Of a stretch of DNA of 64,000 nucleotides, positions 50,890-61,282 are shown in pieces (position 1 is the first letter of the stretch; each line of letters starts with the position of its first letter). Below the pieces are notes generated by a model. It did no database searches. It saw nothing but the letters and a program-made list of their open reading frames with translations, and was not told where the DNA came from. Source of the DNA: an uncultured bacterium (GTDB taxonomy: Bacteria; CSSED10-310; CAZUFC01); the NCBI GenBank assembly GCA_964619725.1, contig CAZUFC010000027.1:1-64000 (forward strand). Direction: 5' to 3'. Position numbers and translations under genes: made by a program.

Positions 50890-53049
50890 ATGAAAATAGC
50901 ATTAGTATATAATCGTGAGAGCAAAAACGTGATAAATTTATTCGGTGTTCCGAACCGGGAAAAGTATGGAAAGAGGACGATCAAGAAAATAACGGATGCG
51001 TTGAAGAAGGGCGGGCATCAGGTTAAGACGCTGGAGGCGGATAAGATGCTGATTCCGAACCTGGAGAAATTCATGCCCAGGGCGATAAAGGGAGAGTCTC
51101 CGGGAATGGTTTTCAACGTATCGTACGGGATACAGGGACAGGCGCGTTATACGCATGTTCCGAGCATACTGGAGATGATCGGGATACCTTATACAGGATC
51201 GGGTCCGGTAGCTCATTCGCTGGCGTTGGATAAAGTAGTGGCGAAGATGGTTTTCATCCAGCACGGACTGCCGACGCCGGATTTTGCAGTGCTGGAATCG
51301 TCATCGTTTGAGGTTCCGGCATTATCTTTTCCGATGATAGTGAAGCCCAAGAATGAAGCAGTTTCGTTCGGTTTAAGGATAGTCAACGACGAAAAAGAGT
51401 TGCGTGAGGCGGCGGAATTTATATTCAAAGAATACCAGGAAGCGGTGCTGGTGGAGGAATATATAGAAGGTCGTGAGATCAACGTCGGACTGTTGGGTAA
51501 TGATCCGATTAAGGCGCTTCCGCCGGTGGAGCTGATTTTTGAGGAGGGAGCGCCGCGAATATACACTTATGAGGACAAGGTGCATCGTTCCGGGCGGAAT
51601 ATAGGTCTGCAATGTCCTGCAGACATCGGGGAGGAGGCTCGGACGAGGGCGGTGAATCTTGCTGTGAAGGCATTCAAGGCTCTGGAGTGTCGTGATTTCG
51701 CCAGAATAGACATGCGCATGAATGCTGAGGGAGAATTTTACATTCTCGAGATCAACAGTTTAGCCAGTTTAGGAGAGGGCAGTTCATACGTGCGTGCGGC
51801 CCAGGAGATCGGAATGGACTATCCGGCCTTGATCAATCGAATAGTGGAGATAGCTCGATCGAGGTATTCGGGAGTTCCGGACGATGGGGGTCGCATATAT
51901 TCCGATAAAATTCAAGATTCGGACATAGGGTTCGAATACATTACGCGTCGTCGGGATCAAATAGAAAAACGGCTCAATCAATGGTGCGACATTTCCGGGA
52001 GGACGGACGATCCTGTGGGAATCAGCGCTGCTGCCGGGGAATTAGGAGCAACCATGCGGGAACTCAAAATGCTGCCTGTGGAGCAATATACGGATGACAG
52101 ATTCGTATGGACGTGGGCAACGAAATGCGGGTTTGAAGGAGGAACGCTTCTCATCGCTCATCTGGATGTTCCGCGTCGTTCAAGCGCTCCTTTCCAGCGT
52201 TTTCATCGAGACCCCGAGCATCTGTATGGAGAAGGAATAGGGGCAGGCCGGGCTTCTCTTGTCGCTGTCGAGTATGCCTTGCGCGTTTTAAGACGAATGA
52301 AAAAACTGGATCGCAAGCGAGTGGGATTCTTCGTGTATGCTGATGAAGGCTTATCGGCCCGTTACAGCGAAAAAACCATCAGAACAGTTTCATCCAAGGC
52401 GGGACGAGTCCTCGTTTTACGACCGGGCAATTCCGGAGACAAGGTGATAACGCAACGCAGAGGCCGGGCCAGGTATCGTCTTTCCATTCAAGGAGCTCCG
52501 CTGAAGCTGGGTCAGACGCCGGTTTCAAAAAGTTCAGAACCCCTGGTCTGGTGGTCGGCCAAACTTCTGGAACTCTCTTCGCTGACGAATAAACCGAAAA
52601 GAATAGCCGTCTCGGCGGGCGACATCCGGGTTGAGGGTTTTCCCATGCGACTGCCTCATCGGGTTACGGTTGAGCTGAACATTGGTTATTATGATGAAGC
52701 CGATCATAATGATACGCTGGCAAAAATAAAAAATATCCTGGGTGAAAAGAACGCAGGCATACACTGGAGACTAGACGAGATGTCCAATCGTCCGCCCATG
52801 AAGGAACGAAAAATCAACAAGGATTTGTTGAATGCCGTCAGGAAGGCGGGGGAGGAGATGGAGATACCCGTGAATATGACGTCTTCTCTTTGGCCATCTG
52901 TGGCGGGATTGGTCCCGAAACTTGTGCCTGTCGTATGCGGAATGGGTCCTGTTGCTGAGAATCTTTATACTCCTTATGAGAGCGTTCAACGGATAAGTTT
53001 GATTCAACGGATTTTATTGCTTACCCGGTTTTTAATTGAGGTATCATGA
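50890..53049 (+). CDS. Ddl-like ATP-grasp ligase fused to an M20 peptidase-like domain
   Basis: LEMIGIPYTGSG..ALDKVVAK, IVKP.NE..S.G, VEEYIEGRE, ARIDMR, EINS; C-half AHLD..., RRG, RPPM, GMGP. Confidence 0.85.
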   Translation: MKIALVYNRESKNVINLFGVPNREKYGKRTIKKITDALKKGGHQVKTLEADKMLIPNLEKFMPRAIKGESPGMVFNVSYGIQGQARYTHVPSILEMIGIPYTGSGPVAHSLALDKVVAKMVFIQHGLPTPDFAVLESSSFEVPALSFPMIVKPKNEAVSFGLRIVNDEKELREAAEFIFKEYQEAVLVEEYIEGREINVGLLGNDPIKALPPVELIFEEGAPRIYTYEDKVHRSGRNIGLQCPADIGEEARTRAVNLAVKAFKALECRDFARIDMRMNAEGEFYILEINSLASLGEGSSYVRAAQEIGMDYPALINRIVEIARSRYSGVPDDGGRIYSDKIQDSDIGFEYITRRRDQIEKRLNQWCDISGRTDDPVGISAAAGELGATMRELKMLPVEQYTDDRFVWTWATKCGFEGGTLLIAHLDVPRRSSAPFQRFHRDPEHLYGEGIGAGRASLVAVEYALRVLRRMKKLDRKRVGFFVYADEGLSARYSEKTIRTVSSKAGRVLVLRPGNSGDKVITQRRGRARYRLSIQGAPLKLGQTPVSKSSEPLVWWSAKLLELSSLTNKPKRIAVSAGDIRVEGFPMRLPHRVTVELNIGYYDEADHNDTLAKIKNILGEKNAGIHWRLDEMSNRPPMKERKINKDLLNAVRKAGEEMEIPVNMTSSLWPSVAGLVPKLVPVVCGMGPVAENLYTPYESVQRISLIQRILLLTRFLIEVS

Positions 53050-54629
53050 TGCCGAAAACAGAGAATGAGACGGATTTCTGGCCTCAAAGAATAGCCACGG
53101 CTAAAAGGTGCATGGCGTCGACGCAACATTATGAAGCTACGAATGCAGCGGTTGAAGTCATGGAGGAGGGCGGCAACGCTTTTGATGCCGCAGCCGCAGC
53201 AGCCTTCGCTCTTTGCGTTTGCGAACCGAATGCAAGCGGTTTAGGCGGCCAGACTATGATGCAGATTTATCTGGCCGGGGAGAACAAAACCTTTTCGCTT
53301 GACGGTTCCTCCCGGGTCCCAAGCCGGGCGGTGGCTGAATTTTTGCCGCGTAAATCCATGCGGTTGAGGGGTTACCGGGCGACCACAGTGCCGACGACCC
53401 CTGCTGTGTTGCAATACATAGTGGAGCGGTACGGGAGGTTGTCTTTTTCCCGTATTTTGGAGCCGGCGATAAGGCTGGCGGAAAAGGGTTACAAGATAAG
53501 CCGGTTGCAGCACGATCTTCAAAAGAGAGAAAATGAACACTGGGCAGAAGGCAACGCCGGCGATTTTTTTCTTAAAGACGGAAAAGAACCTTTCCCGGAA
53601 GGAAGCCTGTTCAGGCAGCCGGTATTGGCGGGAACGCTGAAACTGTTATCTTCAAAAGGAATTGAGGAATTCTATAACGGTGAAATAGCGGCGATAATTG
53701 AACAGGATATGATTGAAAATGACGGTTTTATTCGAAGGGATGATCTGGCCAATATTCCTTATCCCATAGAGCGTCGCCCTATATCCTGCCGATTTCAGGG
53801 AATGCGCGTTTTGTCTTTTCCGCCGCCGGGCGCCGGGCGTACCCTGGTGGAAATGCTCAACATATTGAATCAATTTCAACCCCGGCAATACGACCCGGAT
53901 GACGTTAAAGGGGCCTTGCTGCTGGCGGAGATCATAAGACGGTCGCAACTGGACAGAAGAGACCGTCCGTTCGATCCGAGTTTTTATCCTCAAGTGCAGG
54001 ACAGAAGAATGATCAGCGCTGAATACGCCAGGCTGGTTGCCGGGCAAATACGGGGAAGATTGAAAAAAGGAAGCGGCGAAACCACTCACTTGTCCGTTAT
54101 GGACGGTGAAGGCAACATAGCCGCATTGACTCAGTCGATTGAAAGAGCCTACGGGTCATTCGTGGTCTCGCCTAAACTGGGATTCCTTTACAACAACTAT
54201 ATGAGCGCTTTCGATTACAAGGACATCACACATCCTTATTACCTCAGACCGAACAGCGTTCCTTGGGCTTCCGTGGCTCCGACCATCGTTTTCAAGCGGA
54301 AAAAGCCTTTCATCGTCATTGGTTCTCCGGGAAGCGAAAGAATCGCATCCTCCATTCTGCAGGTATTGATTCGCTTGCATCATCAGTCGCCTCTCGATGC
54401 CGTGACAGCGCCGCGCTTTCATTGCTCTATTGCCGGAAAGGTTTCGCTGGAATATTCCAGAATAAGAACAGATATTTCAGGCGCGCTGGAAAAAAGAGGT
54501 TTTACTTTAGTCAGGAAAGAGCCTTTTTCTTTTTACCTGGGAAGCGTCCAGCTTGTCATGAAGTCGGGCAAAAGAATCATCGGCGTGGCTGATCCGAGAC
54601 GAGACGGTTCCGCGGGCGGTCTGGACTGA
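53046..54629 (+). CDS. ggt: Gamma-glutamyltransferase-family protein (no signal peptide)
   Basis: GGNAFDAA, EP.ASGLGG, PPPGAG, ETTHLSVMD (Thr nucleophile), GFLYNN, ADPRRDG; ATGA overlap. Confidence 0.9.
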   Translation: MMPKTENETDFWPQRIATAKRCMASTQHYEATNAAVEVMEEGGNAFDAAAAAAFALCVCEPNASGLGGQTMMQIYLAGENKTFSLDGSSRVPSRAVAEFLPRKSMRLRGYRATTVPTTPAVLQYIVERYGRLSFSRILEPAIRLAEKGYKISRLQHDLQKRENEHWAEGNAGDFFLKDGKEPFPEGSLFRQPVLAGTLKLLSSKGIEEFYNGEIAAIIEQDMIENDGFIRRDDLANIPYPIERRPISCRFQGMRVLSFPPPGAGRTLVEMLNILNQFQPRQYDPDDVKGALLLAEIIRRSQLDRRDRPFDPSFYPQVQDRRMISAEYARLVAGQIRGRLKKGSGETTHLSVMDGEGNIAALTQSIERAYGSFVVSPKLGFLYNNYMSAFDYKDITHPYYLRPNSVPWASVAPTIVFKRKKPFIVIGSPGSERIASSILQVLIRLHHQSPLDAVTAPRFHCSIAGKVSLEYSRIRTDISGALEKRGFTLVRKEPFSFYLGSVQLVMKSGKRIIGVADPRRDGSAGGLD

Positions 54630-54824
54630 CACGGGTTGCCGGCGATGCGCCTATAAACGGCAAAGAGCCGCGTCAGTTGACTATATTCCGGCGGCAGCGC
54701 TGAAAACCTCCGCTTACATTTCTTGTAATAATCGATCATTGGTGATAAATTTGCAAAGCTTCCGGACGCCTGACGGCAGGATGCGTCCTTTCACCGGTTG
54801 ACTTATCATCAAAAGGAGAAAAGA

Positions 54825-56735
54825 GTGAGAAAAACTCTGATGGTCAATAGCGTTTTTCTATTGCTGATCGTTTTTTCAGGGGCTGTGGCCGCCGGCGTTC
54901 AGCCAAATGTTGAGGAATATCAGACAAAATATCCTGACGCTCATTCAATCACATTGCAGGAGGAAACCTCATTCGATGTCGCAGCCGACGGCACATATAT
55001 TTACAATTACCATCTGAAGAACCTGATATTGACGCAGAACGGCATAGATCAGGAGTCAACATTTGAAGAGGGATACTACAAGCTTTACGATACGGTCGAA
55101 ATAGAAGAGGCGCAAGTCGTGCATCCCGACGGTACGGTTGTTCCTGTAGACGAAGAAAATATTAAAGACATTCCTATGCCTGCATTCGGTCCATTTTTTA
55201 TGGAAAATATCAGAATGATCATCGTGACGTTTCCCAATTTATCACCGGGATGCATTACGGAAATACGCGTGAAGGGATCACGGAACGCTCCTCCCATGGA
55301 TGACGTTTTTTCATATACGACGGCTCTTCATACATTCAAACCCGTTTTGTCTTCATTGTTGACGATAATGGCGCCGGAAAGCATGAATCTGCAATGGAAA
55401 GTTTACCGGGGTGATATTGAGTTCGGGCAAAAAGAGATGGAAGATAAAACAGCTTATACCTGGACGGTTGAAGATGCGCCGCAGGTCATATGGGAAAGCG
55501 GCATGCCCTCCTTTATGGAGGTTGTCCCGGTATTGACCGTAACGACCATTGATTCCTGGAAGACCATTTCAAGTTGGTATCATGACCTTTGTTTGAAAGA
55601 TGCGGAAATAACGGGTGAATTAAGGGCAGTAATTGAGGAAGCCGTCAAGGGCGCTGGTACGACGGCGGAGAAGATAGAGGGTTGTTTCTACTGGGTGTCG
55701 GAGAACATCCGGTATGTGGAGACGGCTATGACGGGTGAGAAGGCGGGATTCAAGCCCGATCCGCCTTCAGTAATATTGCACAATCGCTACGGCGTCTGCC
55801 GGGACAAGGCGCATTTGCTGGCCTGTATGTTGAGAGAGATAGGCATTGAAGCCGCTGAGACGCTGATCACTGCAGGAACGAAAATCGACGTCGATCTTCC
55901 GACTCTGAATTTCAATCACGCCATCACCGCGGTTCGTGACGCGGAAGGCGAATGGTATTTCATCGATCCGACGGTTGAAGACTCAAAGGACTTCCTGGCA
56001 AGCTCCGACCAGGATAAATGGGCGCTGATATGCACGAAAGAGGGCGAAGATATCACACTGACGCCTCTTTTGCCGCCTGAGAATAATATATGCCGGGTCC
56101 GGCTGCAGAATAAACTGGATGATCAGGGAAACCTCACCGGCTCGGTTGAATGGACTATGGCGGGTATGGCGGATTTCTTCGCTCGCAGTTTCCTGAAAAG
56201 GATGCCTCCCATGAAGCGTGAAGAAATGATAAAGCGAATGATCAGAGAAATATCGCCGCATGCCGAAGTAGTTTCCATGGACGTTTCTGATCCTGAAGAT
56301 ATGTCACGATATATGAGAATCGCTATTGAGTATTCAGCGCCTGATTTTGCCGTCTCAGCAGGAAAATATCTTATTCTGCCTATTACCGCTCATGAAGCTT
56401 CATTTGACTTCCTGGCCGGTTTCATATTCTGGGGCACGGACCTGACGGACCGAAAATATCCTCTGCACATCGGCTCTACATACCTTTCCGTCATTGATGA
56501 ACAACTCGAATTGCCGAAGGGTTATCAAGTGAAGTCCATCCCGGAAAACAGGAAAATCGAACATCAAAATATGGCGCTGCTGGTTGATTACGCCCACGAA
56601 GGCGATGTATTTAATTTTCACAAAGAGATGCGCGTCGCAGATACTTATTTTGAAGGGGAAAGTTTTAAAAATCTTGTCGATCTTTTGACGCAAAACGAGC
56701 ATATGAGCGAAGGAAAGATCATTTGCGTTCAGTGA
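54825..56735 (+). CDS. DUF3857 + transglutaminase-like domain protein (catalytic triad intact)
   Basis: Signal peptide, TFPNLSPG, NIRYV, YGVCRDKA, FNHAI, FIDPT. GTG at 54825 follows AAGGAG. Confidence 0.85.
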   Translation: MRKTLMVNSVFLLLIVFSGAVAAGVQPNVEEYQTKYPDAHSITLQEETSFDVAADGTYIYNYHLKNLILTQNGIDQESTFEEGYYKLYDTVEIEEAQVVHPDGTVVPVDEENIKDIPMPAFGPFFMENIRMIIVTFPNLSPGCITEIRVKGSRNAPPMDDVFSYTTALHTFKPVLSSLLTIMAPESMNLQWKVYRGDIEFGQKEMEDKTAYTWTVEDAPQVIWESGMPSFMEVVPVLTVTTIDSWKTISSWYHDLCLKDAEITGELRAVIEEAVKGAGTTAEKIEGCFYWVSENIRYVETAMTGEKAGFKPDPPSVILHNRYGVCRDKAHLLACMLREIGIEAAETLITAGTKIDVDLPTLNFNHAITAVRDAEGEWYFIDPTVEDSKDFLASSDQDKWALICTKEGEDITLTPLLPPENNICRVRLQNKLDDQGNLTGSVEWTMAGMADFFARSFLKRMPPMKREEMIKRMIREISPHAEVVSMDVSDPEDMSRYMRIAIEYSAPDFAVSAGKYLILPITAHEASFDFLAGFIFWGTDLTDRKYPLHIGSTYLSVIDEQLELPKGYQVKSIPENRKIEHQNMALLVDYAHEGDVFNFHKEMRVADTYFEGESFKNLVDLLTQNEHMSEGKIICVQ

Positions 56736-56751
56736 GCGCCTGGGAGGAAAA

Positions 56752-58728
56752 GTGATGGCGAAAAAAAGTCTTATAATGCTGATCATCAGTATGACGATTA
56801 TTGTCGGTTTTATCTGTAATTCTGCGCAAGCGGTTAATGATGAAGAAATTAAACGAATAATAGACAATGCCCCGGGAAAAGAGGAATTTCCGGAAGCATC
56901 GCTGATTTATCTTAAGACGGATAATAACATAACGATTAGTCCTGAAGGAGAAGCGACTAAAGAAGTTTTCATGCTCATAAAGATACTTCAGGACAGGGCG
57001 CGAGACTGGGAGAGCGACAGAAAAATATCCTTTGACGGTAAAAAAGAAAAAGTGACGCTGCTTTCGACCAGAACACATCTTCCCGACGGAACCATACTGG
57101 AACCCGATGAAGACGGCATAACGGAAATGAGTGAAATGGAAGCGGCTAACGCTCCGTTTTATTCAAACGCTCGATTGAAGATAGTTTCATATCCCGGAGT
57201 CACTCCGGGCGCAACGCTGGAATTGCATTACAGAATAGATGCCGTCGAGTCGGAAGAAGATGCAGAGAAGCAAGATGAAGAAATAAAATATTTTCAGGGG
57301 CAATACCTGTTTCAGAAGGATGAACCGGTTATGAACGTCTCCTTTACGGTCAATCTGCCTGAAGAACAGCCGTTCTATTACAGGATGCTGAACAGCGATA
57401 AAAAGCCCGCAATCGAAAAAGATAACGGCATGACGAGTTATTCCTGGAGTTTCTCAAACCTGGAACAGATACTTCGGGACAATGATACGGTTCCTGACAG
57501 CATGATTTCGCCGCGCCTGTTGTATTCATCAGTCGACGACTGGGATATTGCTGCAGAGTGGCTGAAAAACAAATTCCTGACAAAAATTAAAGTTACCGAT
57601 GAGGTGAAGGAGCTGGCTGAAGAAATTGCAGGCGATAAAGAAACGCTTGAGGAAAAAATAAAGGCGGTGACGTTTTATATCATCAGGGATGTGCGCAATA
57701 TAAATTTGAAGTTGGGAAAGGTCGGATACGAACCGACGGAACCCGACAGGATAATAGCGAACAAATACGGCGACATAAGGGATAAAACTCTTTTGTACCT
57801 GTGTCTGCTGAAAGCTGTCGGCGTGCCTGCGGAACCGGTTTTTACAACGACCGAAGATGATCCCTTCATTGATATTCCGGTCATCGATCAGTTCGATACC
57901 ATAATGATATGCGTTAAACCTCATGCTGATGCAGCCTGGAGATGGATTTATCCGGGAAGTGAAAACAACCGGTATGGTACTTTTCCTAATCGAATGAGCC
58001 GAAGGAGAGCACTGATGATTTCCGATCAGGGATATTCGTTGACCCATACGCCTTTTCTCGATGCCGAATTTAACCATTCCAAGATAAAGCTGGATTTAAC
58101 GCTTGATGAAACAGGAAAAGCAGAGGGAAAATTGACCGCAGAATTCAGGGGAATGGCTGATTCATACTGCCGCATGTTTCTTAGAAGAAATAAGGATTCT
58201 CAGATGAAAAACATGTTCGTCAGGTGGGCTAATCATATCAAGAAAGGCAGCAGGCTGATCGAATATGAATTTTCAGACTTTAACGATCTGAACTCTGATG
58301 CGAAACTCATGATGGCATTCTCCAACGATAATATGGCTTTCGTCCAGGACGACGTCATTATGATGGATATCATGTCGATACCCTTCTGGTTCATCTACGC
58401 CGGTACATGGATGCCGTCGAAAGAATCCATTGATCTGCCGGTCATCAGTTCGCATGAGACCAGCTATGTTTTTACCGTCAATGTTTCCTGGACCGGTCCT
58501 ATGTCTGTGGGTTATGCTCCGCAGGATTTTATAATTACGACGAAACCTTTCAGGGCTGAAATAGATTCAGTAATCGAAGATGACAAGTTAATAATCAACA
58601 GGAGTTTTTCTTATCACAGGGCGATTATTCAACCCGATGAATTTACAGAATTGTTCGAAAAAGCGAATGAACTGAATGAAGAAAAGAACTCCTTGATCAT
58701 TTGGGAAAAGGATTCCGGGGAAATCTGA
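56752..58728 (+). CDS. DUF3857 + transglutaminase-like protein (catalytic Cys absent)
   Basis: SYPGVTPG; YGDIRDKT instead of GxC.DK; FDTIM instead of FNH. Confidence 0.82.
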   Translation: MMAKKSLIMLIISMTIIVGFICNSAQAVNDEEIKRIIDNAPGKEEFPEASLIYLKTDNNITISPEGEATKEVFMLIKILQDRARDWESDRKISFDGKKEKVTLLSTRTHLPDGTILEPDEDGITEMSEMEAANAPFYSNARLKIVSYPGVTPGATLELHYRIDAVESEEDAEKQDEEIKYFQGQYLFQKDEPVMNVSFTVNLPEEQPFYYRMLNSDKKPAIEKDNGMTSYSWSFSNLEQILRDNDTVPDSMISPRLLYSSVDDWDIAAEWLKNKFLTKIKVTDEVKELAEEIAGDKETLEEKIKAVTFYIIRDVRNINLKLGKVGYEPTEPDRIIANKYGDIRDKTLLYLCLLKAVGVPAEPVFTTTEDDPFIDIPVIDQFDTIMICVKPHADAAWRWIYPGSENNRYGTFPNRMSRRRALMISDQGYSLTHTPFLDAEFNHSKIKLDLTLDETGKAEGKLTAEFRGMADSYCRMFLRRNKDSQMKNMFVRWANHIKKGSRLIEYEFSDFNDLNSDAKLMMAFSNDNMAFVQDDVIMMDIMSIPFWFIYAGTWMPSKESIDLPVISSHETSYVFTVNVSWTGPMSVGYAPQDFIITTKPFRAEIDSVIEDDKLIINRSFSYHRAIIQPDEFTELFEKANELNEEKNSLIIWEKDSGEI

Positions 58729-58778
58729 AAAGGGGGCGATTTCCAGATCGACGGAGGGTTCCTGGCTTCAAGCCGGCG

Positions 58779-60269
58779 CTATTTCTTTTTCTTGACCGTG
58801 CTGTATCCGTCGACTAAACCTTGCGAATGGCGGTCTTCTCTCCAAAGACCCAGGGCATCATGGCTCCAACTGAAAGTCGGCAGTTTCTCTTCCATAAGCT
58901 TCAGCAGGATATCGATGAACTTTTTGCCGACATTGTCACCATAAAGTTTTGGAGCGTTTTTCATACGTTCCTGGAGGTTTTTATTCGCATTGATGTAATC
59001 GATCATGCTGACCATGAAGTCGCTGTCAATCGGCGGAACGATCAAGTTTCCCTGAGCGATTTGAACCGTCTCGGGCCGGTCGGTATTCAGTCTGCAGGTC
59101 AAACATATCTGACCCAGCAGGTTCATCTCTTCCTGCACGCCGCCGCTGTCGGTAAAAGCGGCAAAGCAATGATCAGAATTGAAAAATTCGATAACATGAG
59201 CAAACTCAGGCCACACTTCGGTATAAAGAAAATTATCGTATTTTTCGTTGAGTTGCAGCAGCTCTTTTTTCAGCCCGAATTGTTCCAGGGCCCATTTGGT
59301 GGCGTTCATTTCAATAAAATTAACTTTATACCCCTTTTTGACCAGTTTGACCATGGCTCCGACTATGGCCTGGAACCTTTTCCGGGTCAGATTGCCCCGG
59401 CGGTGGATATCGACTCGAATCCATTTGCCCTCTTTAAGTTGAGGATAAATTGAAAAGATGCTCGTTTTGGGAGGATTCTGCAATTTCAATTTGACGGCAT
59501 CAACCACGACGCCGCCTGTCACGAAAACATTGCTTTCCGGATATCCCTCCCTCAACAAATGGTCCTTGTTCAATTGCACGGGAGCAAACATGTATTCGCA
59601 TCCGGCCGAAGAAACGAAAGTGTCCCACTGCTCTGGAAAGGGTTCATTGCGCAAAAGATGCCAGGTGCCGGTGAACTGTGAATTAATAAATTCCTCCGGC
59701 GTTATGCCTTTTCCTACGTTTCGTATGCTGTCGGGGCACATGGACCGCAAACCCGCTTCATTGTGAACGGCTTTCTCCTGACGGGAAAACATCCAGGCGG
59801 CCGGAATGATGCTCGTTAAAATAGTATCGCCCAGTACCACCGGTATTACGGAAACATCAGGCCATCGTTTTTTCAGCATGGTGCCGAGCCAGTTCATTTT
59901 GCACAGCAGCTCCACCGATTTTTGAAGCAGGTTTCCTCGTATGGCGAGGTTTACTCCTATTTTGTCGTTGAATTTAAATTCGTAACGTCCGTAAGTCAGA
60001 ATTTCGTCATAATGCTGGTTGGAATCGATGACGAAATAGGGAATATCCGTCTTGGATGCTTCCAGGACGCTGCCGTAAAATTTGTAAAAACACGGCTTCG
60101 TTCCAATGACGAAAGCCAGGACCCAGCGTCCCGATTTGCGCGCCGCTTCCATGCTTCTCTCAATCAGTTCGTCGTTGACCATCATCGGCAACATATCCGG
60201 CACAACGTCGTCGACTTTCCTCAACTCAGTTACCGGAAACATTGATTCAAAACTGGTATGAATATCCAT
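58779..60269 (-). CDS. UDP-N-acetylglucosamine 2-epimerase family protein (WecB-like, divergent)
   Basis: GTKP, QHYD, LGDT, HNEAGLRS, PFPEQ, HRR, TDSGGVQEE, TDRPE. Confidence 0.85.
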   Translation of the reverse strand: MDIHTSFESMFPVTELRKVDDVVPDMLPMMVNDELIERSMEAARKSGRWVLAFVIGTKPCFYKFYGSVLEASKTDIPYFVIDSNQHYDEILTYGRYEFKFNDKIGVNLAIRGNLLQKSVELLCKMNWLGTMLKKRWPDVSVIPVVLGDTILTSIIPAAWMFSRQEKAVHNEAGLRSMCPDSIRNVGKGITPEEFINSQFTGTWHLLRNEPFPEQWDTFVSSAGCEYMFAPVQLNKDHLLREGYPESNVFVTGGVVVDAVKLKLQNPPKTSIFSIYPQLKEGKWIRVDIHRRGNLTRKRFQAIVGAMVKLVKKGYKVNFIEMNATKWALEQFGLKKELLQLNEKYDNFLYTEVWPEFAHVIEFFNSDHCFAAFTDSGGVQEEMNLLGQICLTCRLNTDRPETVQIAQGNLIVPPIDSDFMVSMIDYINANKNLQERMKNAPKLYGDNVGKKFIDILLKLMEEKLPTFSWSHDALGLWREDRHSQGLVDGYSTVKKKK

Positions 60270-60457
60270 CAAACAACTCCCTTGTTTTCTGTGCCTTAAT
60301 ATTTTTCAAATATTCTCATGATTGAAAACGATCTGTTTTAAAAGCGAGACCGTTCCTTCGATATCATAATCGATTATACTCGCCTGACCAAATTTATTTT
60401 CGTGAAATAAAGATAAAAAGTGTCCGAAAAGCGGACGGATCAGTTCATTCCGGCCGA

Positions 60458-61213
60458 CTAAGCATTCTTTTCCATATTTTTTAAGTCCTTACGCAAAGTG
60501 CGCATTTCCATCAGCAAATCCCAGACGACTCCGGGTTTAGGAAAATTGAAAAGGTTGAGAGGATTTCTGGATTCAAATACAGGTTCGCCGGCCTGCCTGG
60601 GTAAATGCTTGACTCCTATTTCCATCACGGGAAAACCTGCTTTTCGCGCTTTAACCAGTAATTCGGTAGTTCCCAATCCTGTCTCGCAAACCAAATTTAT
60701 TTTATCCAGCACCTCTTTGTGGACGTAACGAAAAGCGCAATCGACGTCTCTTTCCTGGGGATGAAAGAGCGCCCCGACAATACGATTGTATACTTTCGAT
60801 GTAAAAAGCCTTACTTTGGGGTCCTTTCTGTCGATTCGGTAACCTGCGATTACTTTAGGTTCGTCGATGTAAGGAACGAACTGCATAAAATCGGTCAGGT
60901 CGAATTGATTGTCGCCGTCAGCATAGAAAATATGCTTGTATCGGGCATTTTCAAACCCGACGCGAATGGCGTTTCCCATGCCCTTGCGGTCCATAGGCTG
61001 AATAACCGCCCGGATGTTAGGATTCTCCTTGCCGCGCTGTTCGACAATTTCTCTGGTGCGGTCTGTCGAGCCCTCATATATGACCGGGAATATATCGAAT
61101 TTTTCTGCAGCTTCCTGCGCTGTCTTCTGCGCTGAATCCAGCAGCGGATTTATGTTCTCCTCTTCGTTGTAAACCAGGAAAAACATGGATAGTTCTTCAA
61201 GTTTATCCGGCAT
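60458..61213 (-). CDS. GT2 glycosyltransferase (polyprenol-phosphate sugar synthase/DPM1-like)
   Basis: VYNEEENI, EGSTDRT, KGMGNAIRVG, DGDNQFD, GYR..R.D, DVDCAFR, V.H.PR.AG. Confidence 0.85.
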   Translation of the reverse strand: MPDKLEELSMFFLVYNEEENINPLLDSAQKTAQEAAEKFDIFPVIYEGSTDRTREIVEQRGKENPNIRAVIQPMDRKGMGNAIRVGFENARYKHIFYADGDNQFDLTDFMQFVPYIDEPKVIAGYRIDRKDPKVRLFTSKVYNRIVGALFHPQERDVDCAFRYVHKEVLDKINLVCETGLGTTELLVKARKAGFPVMEIGVKHLPRQAGEPVFESRNPLNLFNFPKPGVVWDLLMEMRTLRKDLKNMEKNA

Positions 61214-61282
61214 CGTTATCGCCCTCCTCCTTCCTGAATATTAGCATAAGCATTATTGTTTCCGGGTTCATTTCCGGGTAAA

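Noticed and set aside
58821-59453. 210-aa plus-strand ORF
   Set aside because: Antisense to the epimerase gene with no protein-like features.
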